Of a stretch of DNA of 64,000 nt, positions 11,847 through 24,378 are shown one piece after another. Where the stretch lies: the NCBI GenBank assembly GCA_964016885.1, contig OZ024755.1, forward strand, positions 20,026,001 to 20,090,000. Direction: 5' to 3'. The DNA comes from Eledone cirrhosa (lineage: Eukaryota). The translations under genes and the position numbers were made by a program. The first letter of the stretch is position 1; each line of letters opens with the position of its first letter. The notes beneath the pieces are model-generated. The model did not search any database and had not been told where the DNA came from. It was given only the letters and a program-made list of their open reading frames with translations.

Positions 11847-12026
11847 TTAATTGTTTCTACTTTTGGCACAAGGCCAGTGCATTACTGGTACTTTATTTTA
11901 TCGACCCCGTAAGGATGAAAGGCAAAGTTAACCTCAGCGGGATTTGAACACAGAATGGCAAGGGCGTAACTCTATACGTCAAAGCATGGCATCCAACCCT
12001 CTACCGATACTGCCAATCCACCACCC
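11847..12026 (-). mobile_element. SINE family 1
   Basis: Reverse-complement match to the family consensus. Confidence 0.85.
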
Positions 12027-12149
12027 TGTAATATTAATGCAACCACAACATGGCTGAATTCATTTGACTCCTATTATAAGACGCTTGCTTATTTTTTCTT
12101 TCCTTGTACTATGTAACCACACCAACCCTACAGTGATAACTTTACGTTA

Positions 12150-13370
12150 ATGGCTTACTGAGAATTTGTTCTCTGTATTCAGCGTTTGTTAATAATTTTG
12201 GAATTGTTCTGTATCTTGGGTTTGGCAACAGACAAGTGTTTCCTCTACATAGACTCCGGTGTTACAGTTGGTTCTAGAATGATCTCGTTTGATGCATGAA
12301 TGACTGGGTAGAAATCGCTAAATTTGGCTCATTGTCTACACGTGAAATGTATACACTTTTCTAAGAGCTTCGTTACATTCTTATATTTTACGTTGTTATA
12401 TTTTGCGATTGTTGTTCTTATATTTTATTTTTCTGTTGTAATATGTTAAGTATCCATTCAACATTTTCATTGTGGTCTTTTTGACAGCTTTACATATTAC
12501 CCTAGAATATCACAGCTTGCTCAGTTATTGGTGTTTTATCAACTGTTATTGGCTCTGTACCTATTCTTCTCGTTAACATTTCCTAGCATCTGTTATTTGT
12601 ATTTTGTCTTGTTTATATGTTGGACTTTGGCTTGTATATTCTGTTTAAGTTGTTCATTGATTGATGATGTATTTTATCTTTAGTCCATAATGTTTCCTTT
12701 CCTTTACTTTCACTCTTTTTTTCTCGTTTCATATCTTTGTTTTTGTTGACTCCCTTCAAAATCGATATTTCTCCTGTGCTGAACTTTCCCAGCCTGTTTC
12801 TCCACACCAGGTATTTGAGCTGCTTAGTTCTGTTCGTTTATTCTTAATGGAGGTTTATGGTTTGAGACATTTAGCTGCAGCATAGATTATTTGTTTGTGT
12901 TCAGACAGGTTAAACTTAGACGTGTGGAGAAGCTTTATGAATGCAAGGTATTCTTCCTCATCAAATTTTGTTTGTTTTTCCTTCCATTTTCATCACTTTT
13001 TATGATTCTATCTTTCGTTAATGTTTCCATTGACTATTTTCCTGCTATTTATGTGTTGTTTCCTTTGGTAATTTCTATTACAATTTCTTTCTTTATGTTT
13101 TTTTATGTTTTCAGCATTTTCTTTTAAAAACTGGTAATTTCTAGCAATCTTTTCAGCCATTCCTTCATTGTCAGTTTGCCTTGTACTACCAATCCTTAAA
13201 TATTTGATCTGTTGCTCAATCTGCTTCTGTTGGTATTTTAATTTCTGTGTCTCTTCTATCGATTCGTTCTTCAGCTCAATTCATATTTCAGTCGTCTTGA
13301 AAATTTGTTTCATTTCGCTTAGATTCCGTCTGTCAATCTTCTCTTTCTTATGTATTTTCCTGCATTCAGT
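12150..13370 (-). pseudogene. Decayed R4/Dong-clade non-LTR retrotransposon (N-terminal region and start of RT)
   Basis: Minus-strand fragments in order: IIYAAAK, VWRNRL, EQLKQNIQAKVQHI, DHNENVEWI, then PES..RGNTCLLP..QDTEQFQNY (compare PEWLTxGRTVLIPK...NYRPITCL). Many stops and frameshifts. Confidence 0.6.
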
Positions 13371-13404
13371 AGCTTAACTTATTATGCTTGGGGGTTATTT
13401 AGAG

Positions 13405-13724
13405 CAGGGGTTCTCAACCTGGTCCACAGGAAAATTCAGGTGGTCCACAGAAAATTTTCAATAGCAAATTATTTTTTGATCCATGCATTTGACTTAAAGC
13501 GCTGTTCTTATTCTTCGCATAAGTATGACTTCAGCTGTTTATTTGCGTAGATTTTTAGGCACTGCGACATGATAATAGCATTTTCTAATTCATTGAAAAA
13601 AAAAACACCTACTGATGCTTATAAGTAGCAGTACTATTACAAAAGATTTTAAAGTTTAGGTGGTCCACAGGAAAAAATTACTTATTTTGGTGGTCCACAG
13701 CGAAAAAAAGGTTGAGAACCCCTG
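13405..13724. mobile_element. hAT-family MITE (320 bp)
   Basis: Perfect 16-bp TIR caggggttctcaacct / aggttgagaacccctg; perfect 8-bp TSD atttagag (13397-13404, 13725-13732); four subterminal ggtccacag motifs. Confidence 0.92.
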
Positions 13725-14528
13725 ATTTAGAGTATCGTTATTTCTATTTCTACATATCTTAAAGAAGATATATGTAATATAGAATATGCTTCAATCAATC
13801 CCGGTTGGAGCTATATAAATGAATAAATTTCATTTATATCTTAAAGAAGATTCAGTTTACGTTATAAATTCAAACTCAATTGTGTTCAAAATTAATCTAC
13901 ATCGTTCGGGAGTCAATGAAATAAGTACCAGTAATACACCAGCTCAATTTTTCTGTTGATTCCATTAGAAATGAAATGGAATCGACAGCTGGAAATTAGA
14001 TAGAACTGGTGACATAATAAACAGTGCCAACAGTTCGGTTTGTTTTCAAAATAACATTACTTTAGTTATCACCTTCTCAACATAAATCTATCTCTATATA
14101 TATGTATATATGTATGTATGTATATATGTATGTGTGTGTGTGTGTGTGTGTGTGTACAGCTTATACTAATATATATGTTGTAGGTTGTCATATTAGTCAG
14201 TTTATTGCAAATGTGTATCATTTTTTTAAAACTATATTATTAATGTGTAACAGGTATTTAAATCATCTCAGTTCTCTCTCCCAATAAATCTCTCGGCTCA
14301 CTTATCGTCTCGCTCTCCCTCACTTTCTATCTTTATATCTATCAGTATATCTATCGATCTATCTAAACTACATAAATACCTATGTATTTACGTCCCTATC
14401 TACTTACTAATAAATCTATTTCCCTGTTTCATCCATCTTTCTTTATACACACATATCCGCGTGTCTATTTATCTGCCAGATGTACACATAGTTACACACA
14501 TTTCATATATTATTATTAACAATTATTA

Positions 14529-14878
14529 AGGCGGTGGATTGGCAGTATCGGTAGAGGGTCGGACGCCATGCTTTGACGCATAGAGTTACGGCCCTTGCCA
14601 TTCTGAGTTCAAATCCCGCCGAGGTTAACTTTGCCTTTCATCCTTACGGGGTCGATAAAATAAAGTTCTAGTAATACACTGGGATAATTGCTGGCCTTGT
14701 GCCAAAAGTAGAAACAATTATTATCCTTTGAAGCATAGAGTTACCTCCCTTTATGATCTGAGTTCAAATCCCGCCGAGGTTAACTTTGCCTTTCATCCTT
14801 ACGGGGTCGATAAAATAAAGTACCAGTAATGCACTGGGATAATTGCTGGCCTTGTGCCAAAAGTAGAAATAATTATTA
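14529..14878 (+). mobile_element. Two tandem family-1 SINEs (second one 5'-truncated)
   Basis: Two consecutive consensus matches, each ending aattatta. Confidence 0.9.
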
Positions 14879-15870
14879 AACTTATCGATATTAATACAAA
14901 TGGCACTTAATGATTTTATTGAAATGCGGTATGCTATATTTTGGCAAAGATTTCAATTTTCACTGGCCAAGAAAACTGTAAGCATTTGGATATATGTCAA
15001 AAGGTAATATTTCCATGGCATCGTATCATAGAAAATGCCGTGATTTTATGCTGAATGTACATATATATATTCGGCTTTAATTGACGGGTAGTAATATATA
15101 TTAATTACTTTAATTTTCTTCTGCCTCTCTCAATTAAATTCATTGGAAATTGTTTGAATATCATTATATAATGCACCATTCGGGAGTGGGAGACGAAAAT
15201 ACATCGATTGAATGTATTATTTTGTTTTCTCGACCAGAGTTGGGATCTCAAATCTTGACAAGTTCGATACTCGTTAAGTCAGTTTTGTGTTAAATTAATG
15301 CCCCTAAAGTAAGTCTAATCAAATTCACGTCTGTCTCCTCCCCGCGAAAAAATTGCAAGCTGAGGTAACGTAATGAATTTAGTAATTTGTACCACATTAT
15401 TATATGGTTTCAATTTAGAGCTGGAGCAATTTAGCTTCATATATATATATATATATATATATGAAAAAATGAGGAGAAGAATACTGCTGGTTGCACATGG
15501 ATAACATGTAATAAAATAAGTCCCTCATCAGTGATTTGCCGACGATCATAGATATTTCATTGCATTAAAAATCATATACCTCACGTCGGTGCAATAATAA
15601 CTAAATTAAGTTATTGGGACAATTAAAACGCGTAAAGCGAGTGAAACAAGATAACAACAAAGAGGATAGCTAACCGTAGAAGGAAGGGAACAAGCTTCAT
15701 AGTTATTCTGTTAGCATAAGCTAGGTGAATATATGAGCGCTTAGAAAAAAGACCTTTCAGGAGCGAATTCAAATGTGAGAAAGAGAGAAAATGATTTCGT
15801 CGCGAACGGGGTGAAGTGAGAAGAGGAGAAACAGTGAGTGAGTGAGTGGAAGTGCGAGGAAGAGATAGAT

Positions 15871-16074
15871 GTAGTAACACAACAGTTAGTTCACCATACC
15901 GAGAACAATTGTTTCACCTCGGACTGGCAATGGTTCCGTATAACCATTACCAGCCCGAACTGAAGATCTGCATAAGGTGAAACAATTGGTCTCAGTATGG
16001 TGAACTAACTGTTGTGTTACTACTTCTACCAAACTCATCCCCATGGACTGAGTGCTCTACTAGTGTTCTACCTT
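15871..16074. mobile_element. Foldback insertion, family D, with decayed hammerhead
   Basis: Arms 15871-15919 / 15975-16023 with an inner hairpin; CTGAAGA (15960-15966)...GAAACAATTG; homologous to 63858-63930. Confidence 0.75.
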
Positions 16075-16425
16075 TATATATATATATATATATATATATA
16101 ACCAAGTTTGTTTTGAAACAACGAGCGAGTTTGAAAGTATAAATAAAAGCTTTCGACGTATTTTTTTTTTTTTTTAACTAAAGGCATTTTAGCCTTATAG
16201 TGGGGTTTAGAATCCTCGAAGAAATGGAAAAGCGGAGTATTGATGTAGTCAAAAGTACGACAAAAGCTTATATATATATATATGGAATTTGCTGTCAAAC
16301 GGTAAAAGCTCAGCCGTCGGGCCTCGACTCTGAATAATTTCTTACTAGTTTAAAACTGGTATAATCCTGATATCTCTCTCCCCCTCTCTCTACACACACA
16401 CATTATTCATTATTATTGTTATTAT

Positions 16426-16618
16426 GGGCGGTGGATTGGTAGTATCGGTAGAGGGTCGGATGCCGTGCTTTGACGCATAGAGTTACGGCCCTTGCCATTC
16501 TGAGTTCAAATCCCGCCGAGGTTAACTTTGCCTTTCATCCTTACGGGGTCGATAAAGTAAAGTACCAGTAATGAACTGGTTAATTGCTGGCCTTGTGCCA
16601 AAAGTAGAAACAATTATT
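16426..16618 (+). mobile_element. SINE family 1
   Basis: Full consensus match. Confidence 0.9.
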
Positions 16619-17423
16619 GTTATTATGGGTGTTATAAAGCATATGTATACATGATGAACTCTGTGAATGCGCAGGTGAAACCCCAGATTAACAAGTCTCA
16701 AAACGTACCCATAATACAATATATATATATATATGCGTGTGTGTTAGTGGGTGCGCATATGTATGTGTCTGTGTGTATGAAATATACTAATAATTTGACT
16801 ACATTTATGCATGAAGTGTACGAGAAATGTAAGAACTAGCTACTTTTACGGTAACTCATTACACAATTTATGAAATATTACCTCAGTATCTTCATGGCTT
16901 CTATATCCTTACTTAAAGGCTATCAAATCTACATATAATCAAAATGGCGTTGCTTGGCTGTTGATTCCCGTAAAACAACTGGATGTTTTTTTGCTGCCTT
17001 GATTTTCATGTACTGTTTTGTGTTAGTGAATCTTTTAAGGGAAAGAAATAGACTGGAGAATAAGTTTATAATTCCGCATATTCAACCATAAATAATAAAC
17101 TTTATATACCGGAACGTTATTCGAATTCATATGATTTTTCAGTTTACCAAATAGATATTTGATATTCCACGAAATTTTTTTTTAAATATTCATCATGAAA
17201 ATGAAAATAGCGTTTGCTATAGCGTATAAATGTAATTTTGCAAGTTTCAAGATGCTAAATCTCAAATGATCTCCTGTCAAATGTTTCATCTATAAAGTAT
17301 GTGTACAAACCAGTTTCACCGGTGTGGATAAACTTATTCATATCATATGTTAATCCAAAGGGAAGTTATTCATGTATAGCTTATTTGGCCGTACCTAATT
17401 ACATGTGATATATGTATATATTA

Positions 17424-17645
17424 GTGGAGGCGCGTGGCTGAGTGGTTAGAGAATTGGATTCACAATCGTGAGGTCGTGAGTTCGATTCCCGAACTGGGCG
17501 ATGCGTTATGTCCTTGAGCAAGACACTTTATTTCACGTTGCTCCTTCTACCTGGAGTTGCGACCGATAGATAGTATTAGCAGTTGGAAAGACCAATGGAG
17601 ACATTGTTTCCTCGGTCCGATTTGACGAAAGTCGATCGACTGTCG
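17424..17645 (+). mobile_element. SINE family 2
   Basis: tRNA-like head ggaggcgcgtggctgagtggttaga...gagttcgattccc, followed by the conserved core. Confidence 0.85.
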
Positions 17646-17720
17646 ATATATATATATATATATATATATAATATGAGGAAATAATAGACAAAAATATACC
17701 TATTTTTTCTTCAAAGTCCC

Positions 17721-17761
<41 letters not shown>

Positions 17762-17766
<5 letters not shown>

Positions 17767-17880
17767 GGAAGTGTAGTAAGGAGCCGGGGGGACCATAACG
17801 CACCAGTGTATTCAATACTTAGTTCGAATCTAGCAGTCGAAACGGCCGGAGCTCAGCCGTCGGGGTCCTGACTCTTTTCA
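17762..17880. mobile_element. Family A relative: two oppositely oriented pieces in (TA)n
   Basis: The left piece matches the tail of 3815; the right piece matches the opposite arm (gtcgaaacggccggagctcagccgtcggggtcc). Confidence 0.7.
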
Positions 17881-18738
17881 TATATATGTATATGTATGTG
17901 TGTGTGTGTTTGTTTGTTTGTGAGTCCCGGGTTCAATCGGGGGTTACCACAGTTAGTAAGGTACTCAATTCCTTTGTAGAGTGTAAACATCTAGTTTAAT
18001 GTAGAAAAGACTTCTACATGAATAGAACTGTTTCGTGGTTTCTTTTGAATGAGAAACAGTTCTTGTCCTGTAGAAGCATTTTCACTATTAAATTTGAGGT
18101 GTGTTAAATATTATACCAATTAAAAAATATTGTGATCAGAATCACAAATCAGTGACAGTAGTTGCGAGATTTGCTCCCGCCTTCAGCCATTCACACAAAA
18201 TACTAACCATGAAGTATTGATATTTTTTGTCGGTCGTAAAAAGAAGTGGTCAACTTTGAACAATAACACATCAATGATGTGTTTGAACTCAATGATCAAG
18301 TTCGGTTACTTCTAAAGCAAAAGTAGATTTAATGTTCATAAATCAAGCCTGCTAGCTACTTCAGAAGCAGCGATAGCGTCAATCAATAATGTTTCTACAA
18401 ATTCTTCTCTTGAAGGACGTGCTTCTAGTGATTGATCGATAAGCTGTACCTAGCGAAACACTTTGTGGTTCTTCCGCCTTTTTTTAAAAACATTGCTCTG
18501 ATAGTATAGTCGTTGTGATGCATGCCTTAATATTTTTCACCAATTAGTTGGATGAATGTATCCCTTATAAATACTTTTGAAAATCCCTTAGTTGGTATGT
18601 GAGAGTCTGAAAGAAATGTAGTTGTGTTTTTATCAGTGCATCTTATATATTTATAGAAATGATGCATATGTGTAAATATATAAGTATGTATGTATGCCAA
18701 TTCGTCGCCTATAATCAGGATATATTATGATCTGAGTT

Positions 18739-19242
18739 CGGCGGTGGATTGGCAGTATCGGTGGAGAATCGGACGCCATGCTTTCCTGCATAGTTACGTC
18801 CCTTTACGGTCTGAGTTCAAATCTCGCTGAGGTTAACTTTGCCTTTCATCCTTACGAGGCCGATAAAATAAAGTACCAGTAATGTACTGATTTAATTGCT
18901 GACATTGGCCAAAAGTAGAAACAATTATGATCTGAGTTCAAATCTAACCGAGGTTAACTTTGCCTTTCATCCTTACGGGGTCGATAAAATAAAGTACCAT
19001 TAATGTACTGAGATAATTGCTGACATTGGCCAAAAGTAGAAACAATTATTTCTCGGTGGATTGGTAGTATCGGTAGAGGGTCGGACGCCATGCTTTGCAG
19101 CAGAGAGTTATGGGCTTTTACGGTGTGATTTCAAATCCAACCGAGGTTAACTTTGCTTTTCATCCTTACGGGGTTGATAAAATAAAGTACCAGTAATGCA
19201 CTGGGATACTTGCTGGCCTTGTGCCAAAGTAGAAACAATTAT
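18739..19242 (+). mobile_element. Three tandem family-1 SINE copies
   Basis: Three successive gaggttaactttgc...agaaacaattat units. Confidence 0.9.
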
Positions 19243-20739
19243 TTCTGTAAAGACATTGCACGTTTTTAATTACGTTATTGATATTTTGTCATTTGTGACT
19301 TACCCTTTAATTTAACTGTGACATTTCAAACCCATTACAAATAACAACAGTCTTTTTAACTGTCTTTTAATTGATTCAACAAGTTGTTTTGTTTCGTTTT
19401 GGTGTTAGTGTTAATTTGATATGTTTATTTCCTAGTTAAGCAGTAAATCATTCCTAATGTGATTAAGTGAAGAGAATACATTTAAATACTGTCAATTCTG
19501 AATACTTCTGTCAGTATTTAACAGAGGAGTGAATTATTAAATGATTACTGTAAATAAAACTAGCGAAATTAATCAGTGCTGTCGTTGATCATTCCCATAT
19601 ATGTATATATCGGAGGGTGTCGTAGGTGCACCATATTGAAATGCGGAATTTATAGGGCATTTTTAAAACCTGGCGGAGCCCAGCTCCTCTTCAGGTCTGA
19701 ATACAGCAGATTTCTTCCAGAAAAGAATAGAGAGGAAGAGAAAGGATTTGAGCAAGTCGTATAGAGGAAGAATCACCCCCAGTACTAAAATAGTCGTTTT
19801 TATCGACTTAAGATAGATGAAAGACAAAATTGACTTCACTGGGAATTGAACTCAGAGAGTTTTATTTATTAGTGCCCTAGTGCGGTGGATTGACAGTATC
19901 GGACACTATGTTTTGCGGCATAGAGTTATGAACCTTTACGTTCTGAGTTCAAATCCCGCCGAGGTTTTTTATCCTTGCGGAGTCGATAAAAAAATTACAG
20001 TAAAGTACTGTAATAGATTTAATCGAATTTCCCCTTCCCCCAAAATTGTCGGCCTTTTGCTAAATCAGAAACCTTTATTTGTTGGAGCCCTTGATAAAAT
20101 TCGAATAACAGTACCGGGATGCTTTCTTGATAAAGTCTAAGTTAGTTACAGCGAGAAGAGAGTTAGAGTCAAGCAATTCCATTTGCCTGTCCTATCAGAT
20201 TTTATATTTCCTGTCTTGAGAATTAATAAACCTTTTGTATAGATATGAAACTCTAACATAATATGTATCATAATTTTTTTTTTTTTTTTTTTACATATCT
20301 TCAATTGTTGATTAAACTTTTATATTGACAATGGTGTACTTGCATGCTTTCATATATGTGTTTGTAGACATATATAGATAATAAACACAACCACAAGGGT
20401 ATGGTCCGAACGTAGAAGAGCCGATCTCCCACTGTCATTGCCTCCATCTCTCTCGCCCTCCCCATCTCTCTGTATGGTGAGCGAATGGGGTCCCACGTGC
20501 TGTCATCCCCACAGCCCCGGCGGACAGAATGTAGAAGGCCTTTCTCTGGAGGATGGTAAGGGAGATGCGCTGGAAGAGCCATTGGTGTACAGGCCCAGGT
20601 TGTCCCTAATTGAGGAGACTTATGATAAAAGTTGTCTTTTCTTCAGACACAATATATCTAGAACTATATTATCTAATCTGTCTGTTTGTGAAAGTAGACG
20701 GGTACAATTTGAGGGATACTTGATTACTACATCTTGCAC

Positions 20740-21358
20740 GTAGAGACACCACATAGAGACCATCACATGGAGATACCACTTGGATAAACTACATGACGAC
20801 ACCATATGGAGATAGATACTTAATGGAAACACCACATGGATACACCATACGGGGACACCACATGCAGATATCACACAGCGATTTCTAATAATTGTTTTTG
20901 ACGCACGGAAACACCACATGGCGACACCACATGGGGATATCACACAGCGATTTCTAATAATTGTTTTTGACGCACGGATATACCACATGGGGGACACCAC
21001 ATGGAGATATCACACAGCTATTTCTAACAATTGTTTTTGACGCACGGATACACCACATAGAGACACCACATGGCGACACCACATGCAGATATCACACAGC
21101 TATTTCTAATAATTGTTTTTGGCGCACGGAGACGCCACATGGAGACACCACATGGCGACACTACATGCAGATATCACACAGCGATTTCTAATAATTGTTT
21201 TTGACGCACGGATACACCACATGGGGACACCACATGCAGATATCACACAGCGATTTCTAACAATTGTTTTTGACGCACGGAGACGCCACGCGGATACACC
21301 ACATGGCGACACCACATGGAGATATCACACAGCGATTTCTAATAATTGTTTTTGACGC
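20740..21358. repeat. Compound minisatellite
   Basis: 12-13 bp (g)acaccacatgg subunits interleaved with 7 copies of gatatcacacagcgatttctaataattgtttttgacgcacgga. Confidence 0.9.
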
Positions 21359-21888
21359 AATAAACCAAGACTGAATGTCATTTACATATATTCTTCCTAT
21401 GTGAAGATATTTTTGTCGGGCATTCTATCGAGAGAATTGTAAAGTAGTTTTATTCTTTACATGTGTGAATATTCATAATATATTTATGTGTTTGTATGTA
21501 GCATGTTTGCCTTTAATTCTGTAGAACAAATCTCATTTAAAAAGAAAAATCAGTCTACAATGTAAATAACTATATATATGCACATAAATATTTGAATATT
21601 TACATTCAGATATTCTCAACAAACATGTTTTTATATGTGAAACTAAACTAATATAACTGGCACTACGTCGGTTGCGACGAGTGTTTCAGTTGATACGATC
21701 AACAGAACAGACTGCACGTGAAATTAATGTGCAAGTGGCTGAGCATTCCACAAACTCGCGTACACTTAACGTAGTTCTTAGGGAGATTCAGCGTGACACA
21801 GAATGTGACAAGGCTGGATACTTCGAATTACAGGTACAAATTCATTTTTGCCAGCTGGGTAGACTGGAGCAACGTGAAATAAAGTGTT

Positions 21889-22291
21889 TTAATAATAATA
21901 ATAATGGAATTATTGTGTACAGTGCTCAGGTGCACTACAACTCATCAAATGTGCATGTATAGTACATAGAATAATGTGCAAATGACAGGAAAATGAACTG
22001 TGTACGAGTCATGATATACATGTGTGCGTGTGTATGGAGTGGGGACACTAGGTGTAGTGTTGGCAAATTTCAGGAAGCATGGAGGTTTTAAAGGATGCAG
22101 TGTCTCGACAGCTAACAACTGATGCAGGTAGTTTGTTCCATGTTTCAGCAACTCTGAGCGTGAAAAAATGTTTCCGAAACTCATGGGAGCTGTGCTGTTT
22201 TCTAACTTTCTAGGCATGCCCACGTGTGTTAGTCACATGGAAATCAAAAAGGTGCTCAGGGTTGTTGTTGGCAAGATGGTTAATAATTTCG
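21889..22291 (-). mobile_element. CR1-clade LINE 3' end with (ATT)n tail, nested in a family-2-like SINE (21655-22380)
   Basis: Minus strand reads TRGHA*KVRKQHSSHEFRKHFFTLRVAETWNKLPASVVSCRDTASFK, the CR1 C-terminal motif. SINE halves lie on both sides. Confidence 0.8.
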
Positions 22292-22898
22292 TTGAAGGAG
22301 GCAACGTGCCACCGGGAATCGAACTCACGACCTTACGATTGTAAGCCGAATACCCTAACCACAAAGCCATGCGCCTTCACAAATAAACTAATTTTCGCTG
22401 ACTAAATCTCAGCCAGCGTCTTGCTAATATCTGCTCCTGTCTTATACCGCTTCTTTTTCACCACCAAATTTCCTGTCTCTTTCAATTACATATTTTCTTC
22501 ATACATCATGACTAATTTTTTTCCATTTCTAACTATCCCCACCCCCCTGCATTAACAGACTCTGGTTACTTCTCCCATATTCCTCAACACAGCTGTTTAC
22601 TCTCTCATTCTCTCCCTATCTAGCTATCTATCTATTGATCTATCTATCTGGAAATCTTTCTCGAGATCTTTCACTCTTTTCCTCTCAGTTTATCTATCTA
22701 TCATTCTGACAATCTTTCCCTCTCTATCTACCTACCTATCTATCTAAAACTCTTTCAAAATCTCCCTCTCTCTCTGCCTGTCTATCTATCTACCTATCAA
22801 TCTAAAACTCTTTCAAGATCTTTCTCGCTTTCTTTTCTCTCTCTCTCTCTCTCTCCCCACCTTTCTGTCTGCCTATCTACTCATCTATCTATCTATCT

Positions 22899-23530
22899 CT
22901 GTACGCAATTGTTCAGTGCCCAGGGGTGACCGACCTGTGCAATTATGTCGAACAGCTGCTGTCACGTGTGGGACGCATCCAGTTGTCAGCCGAGTCCATC
23001 GTGAGGATCACCCCGCCGCTTTTATTTAAGAACGGAGAGGCGGTTTTCCTCTGTCTGGTGGCTATAGCGAAAGAGGTAATATGGTGGACGAGGTTAAAAG
23101 GACTGAGGGCAAACACCTCTCTCTCCGAACAACAACTTATCCCCTTCTTTAAGTATCACTTCAGAAGGAAGGTGAGAGTGGAGAGAGAGGTGCTACACCC
23201 CAGTAAATTCGCTGAAAGGTGGGTGAATGTGGCAAAAATGGCCCGAGTGAATGGGCCTTGTCTGTATATAAACCTGTAGGTTGAGGAAGATAAACAGAGG
23301 GAAGACAGGAACATTTACAAAATGTGTTCCTGGTGTTGAGGGTTGTTCTATCCACGGGGTGTAAAACAACCCTGCAGTAACGTTCTCCCCTATTGGGGAT
23401 TTCAATTGTTATTTTATTATATATAGTCTATTGTTATTTATTAATGTTAAAGTTATTTTTATGTAAAACCCCCGCCGTCACGTCTTGCAATGTCCCCTTT
23501 TTGTACGCCCCTGTGGCAAATAAAGAAAGA
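22899..23530 (+). mobile_element. Tx1/L1-clade LINE 3' end
   Basis: Open frame 22899-23279: LYAIVQCPGV..L (end of the CCHC motif), AKEVIWWTR, RVERE...FAERW. AATAAA and A-rich tail; tatctatct on both sides (22890-22898, 23531-23539). Confidence 0.75.
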
Positions 23531-23609
23531 TATCTATCTAACACTTCCTCTGTCTATCTCTTGCTATTTTTCTATTTCTCTTCAAACTACTCGTAGAAAA
23601 ACGTTCAGG

Positions 23610-24378
23610 CACACACATACTCACACAAACATATATACACACACACACACAAACCTACACTCACACAAGCATACTCACGCACACACACACATACTTACAC
23701 ATACATCATTAAAAAAGAAAATATCTGCATAAGTACAACGGAAAAATACCAACAGAGGGGAAACAACGAACGCATACGAGAAATATGCACACACACACTC
23801 ATACACATAGTCACATACCCAAACACACATGAAGTTTGTATGTATATATGTATGTGCGTATGTATGCTTGTATATCTATGTTTCTATCTTTTCTACTCTC
23901 TCTCTATCGCTCTCTCTCCCCTATATATATATACACATATACACGCACGCACACACACACATATATTTATATATGCACACACACACACACACACATATAT
24001 GTATATATATATACACACACATACATACATTTATTCATAGGTATTCAACTAGATCAGCATCTACAGGAAATCATATTTTTCTAATCCTGTCATAGCTTGA
24101 ATTTCGTACTTTTTATGTATGTATGCATGTATGTATGTGTATATGTATGTATGCATATATGTATGTATGTGTATATGTATGTATATGTATGTATGTGTAT
24201 GTATGCGTGTGTGTGTGAGTATACGTACACACACACAAACATATATAATGTATGTATTACGCATGTATATATATTTATACTTATATATGTATGAGCGCAT
24301 GTATGTGTAAATATATGTATGAGTGAGTATACACACACACATGTATGTATATTTGTATATATGTATGTGTTGTGTATG
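23610..24378. repeat. Degenerate (CA)n/(TA)n/(TATG)n microsatellites
   Basis: Direct inspection. Confidence 0.9.

Noticed and set aside
15480-15535. CTGATGAggga on the minus strand next to (TA)n
   Set aside because: No matching GAAA or helix III could be placed.
17424-17500. tRNA genes at SINE heads
   Set aside because: They have A and B boxes but no complete cloverleaf, and continue into SINE bodies.
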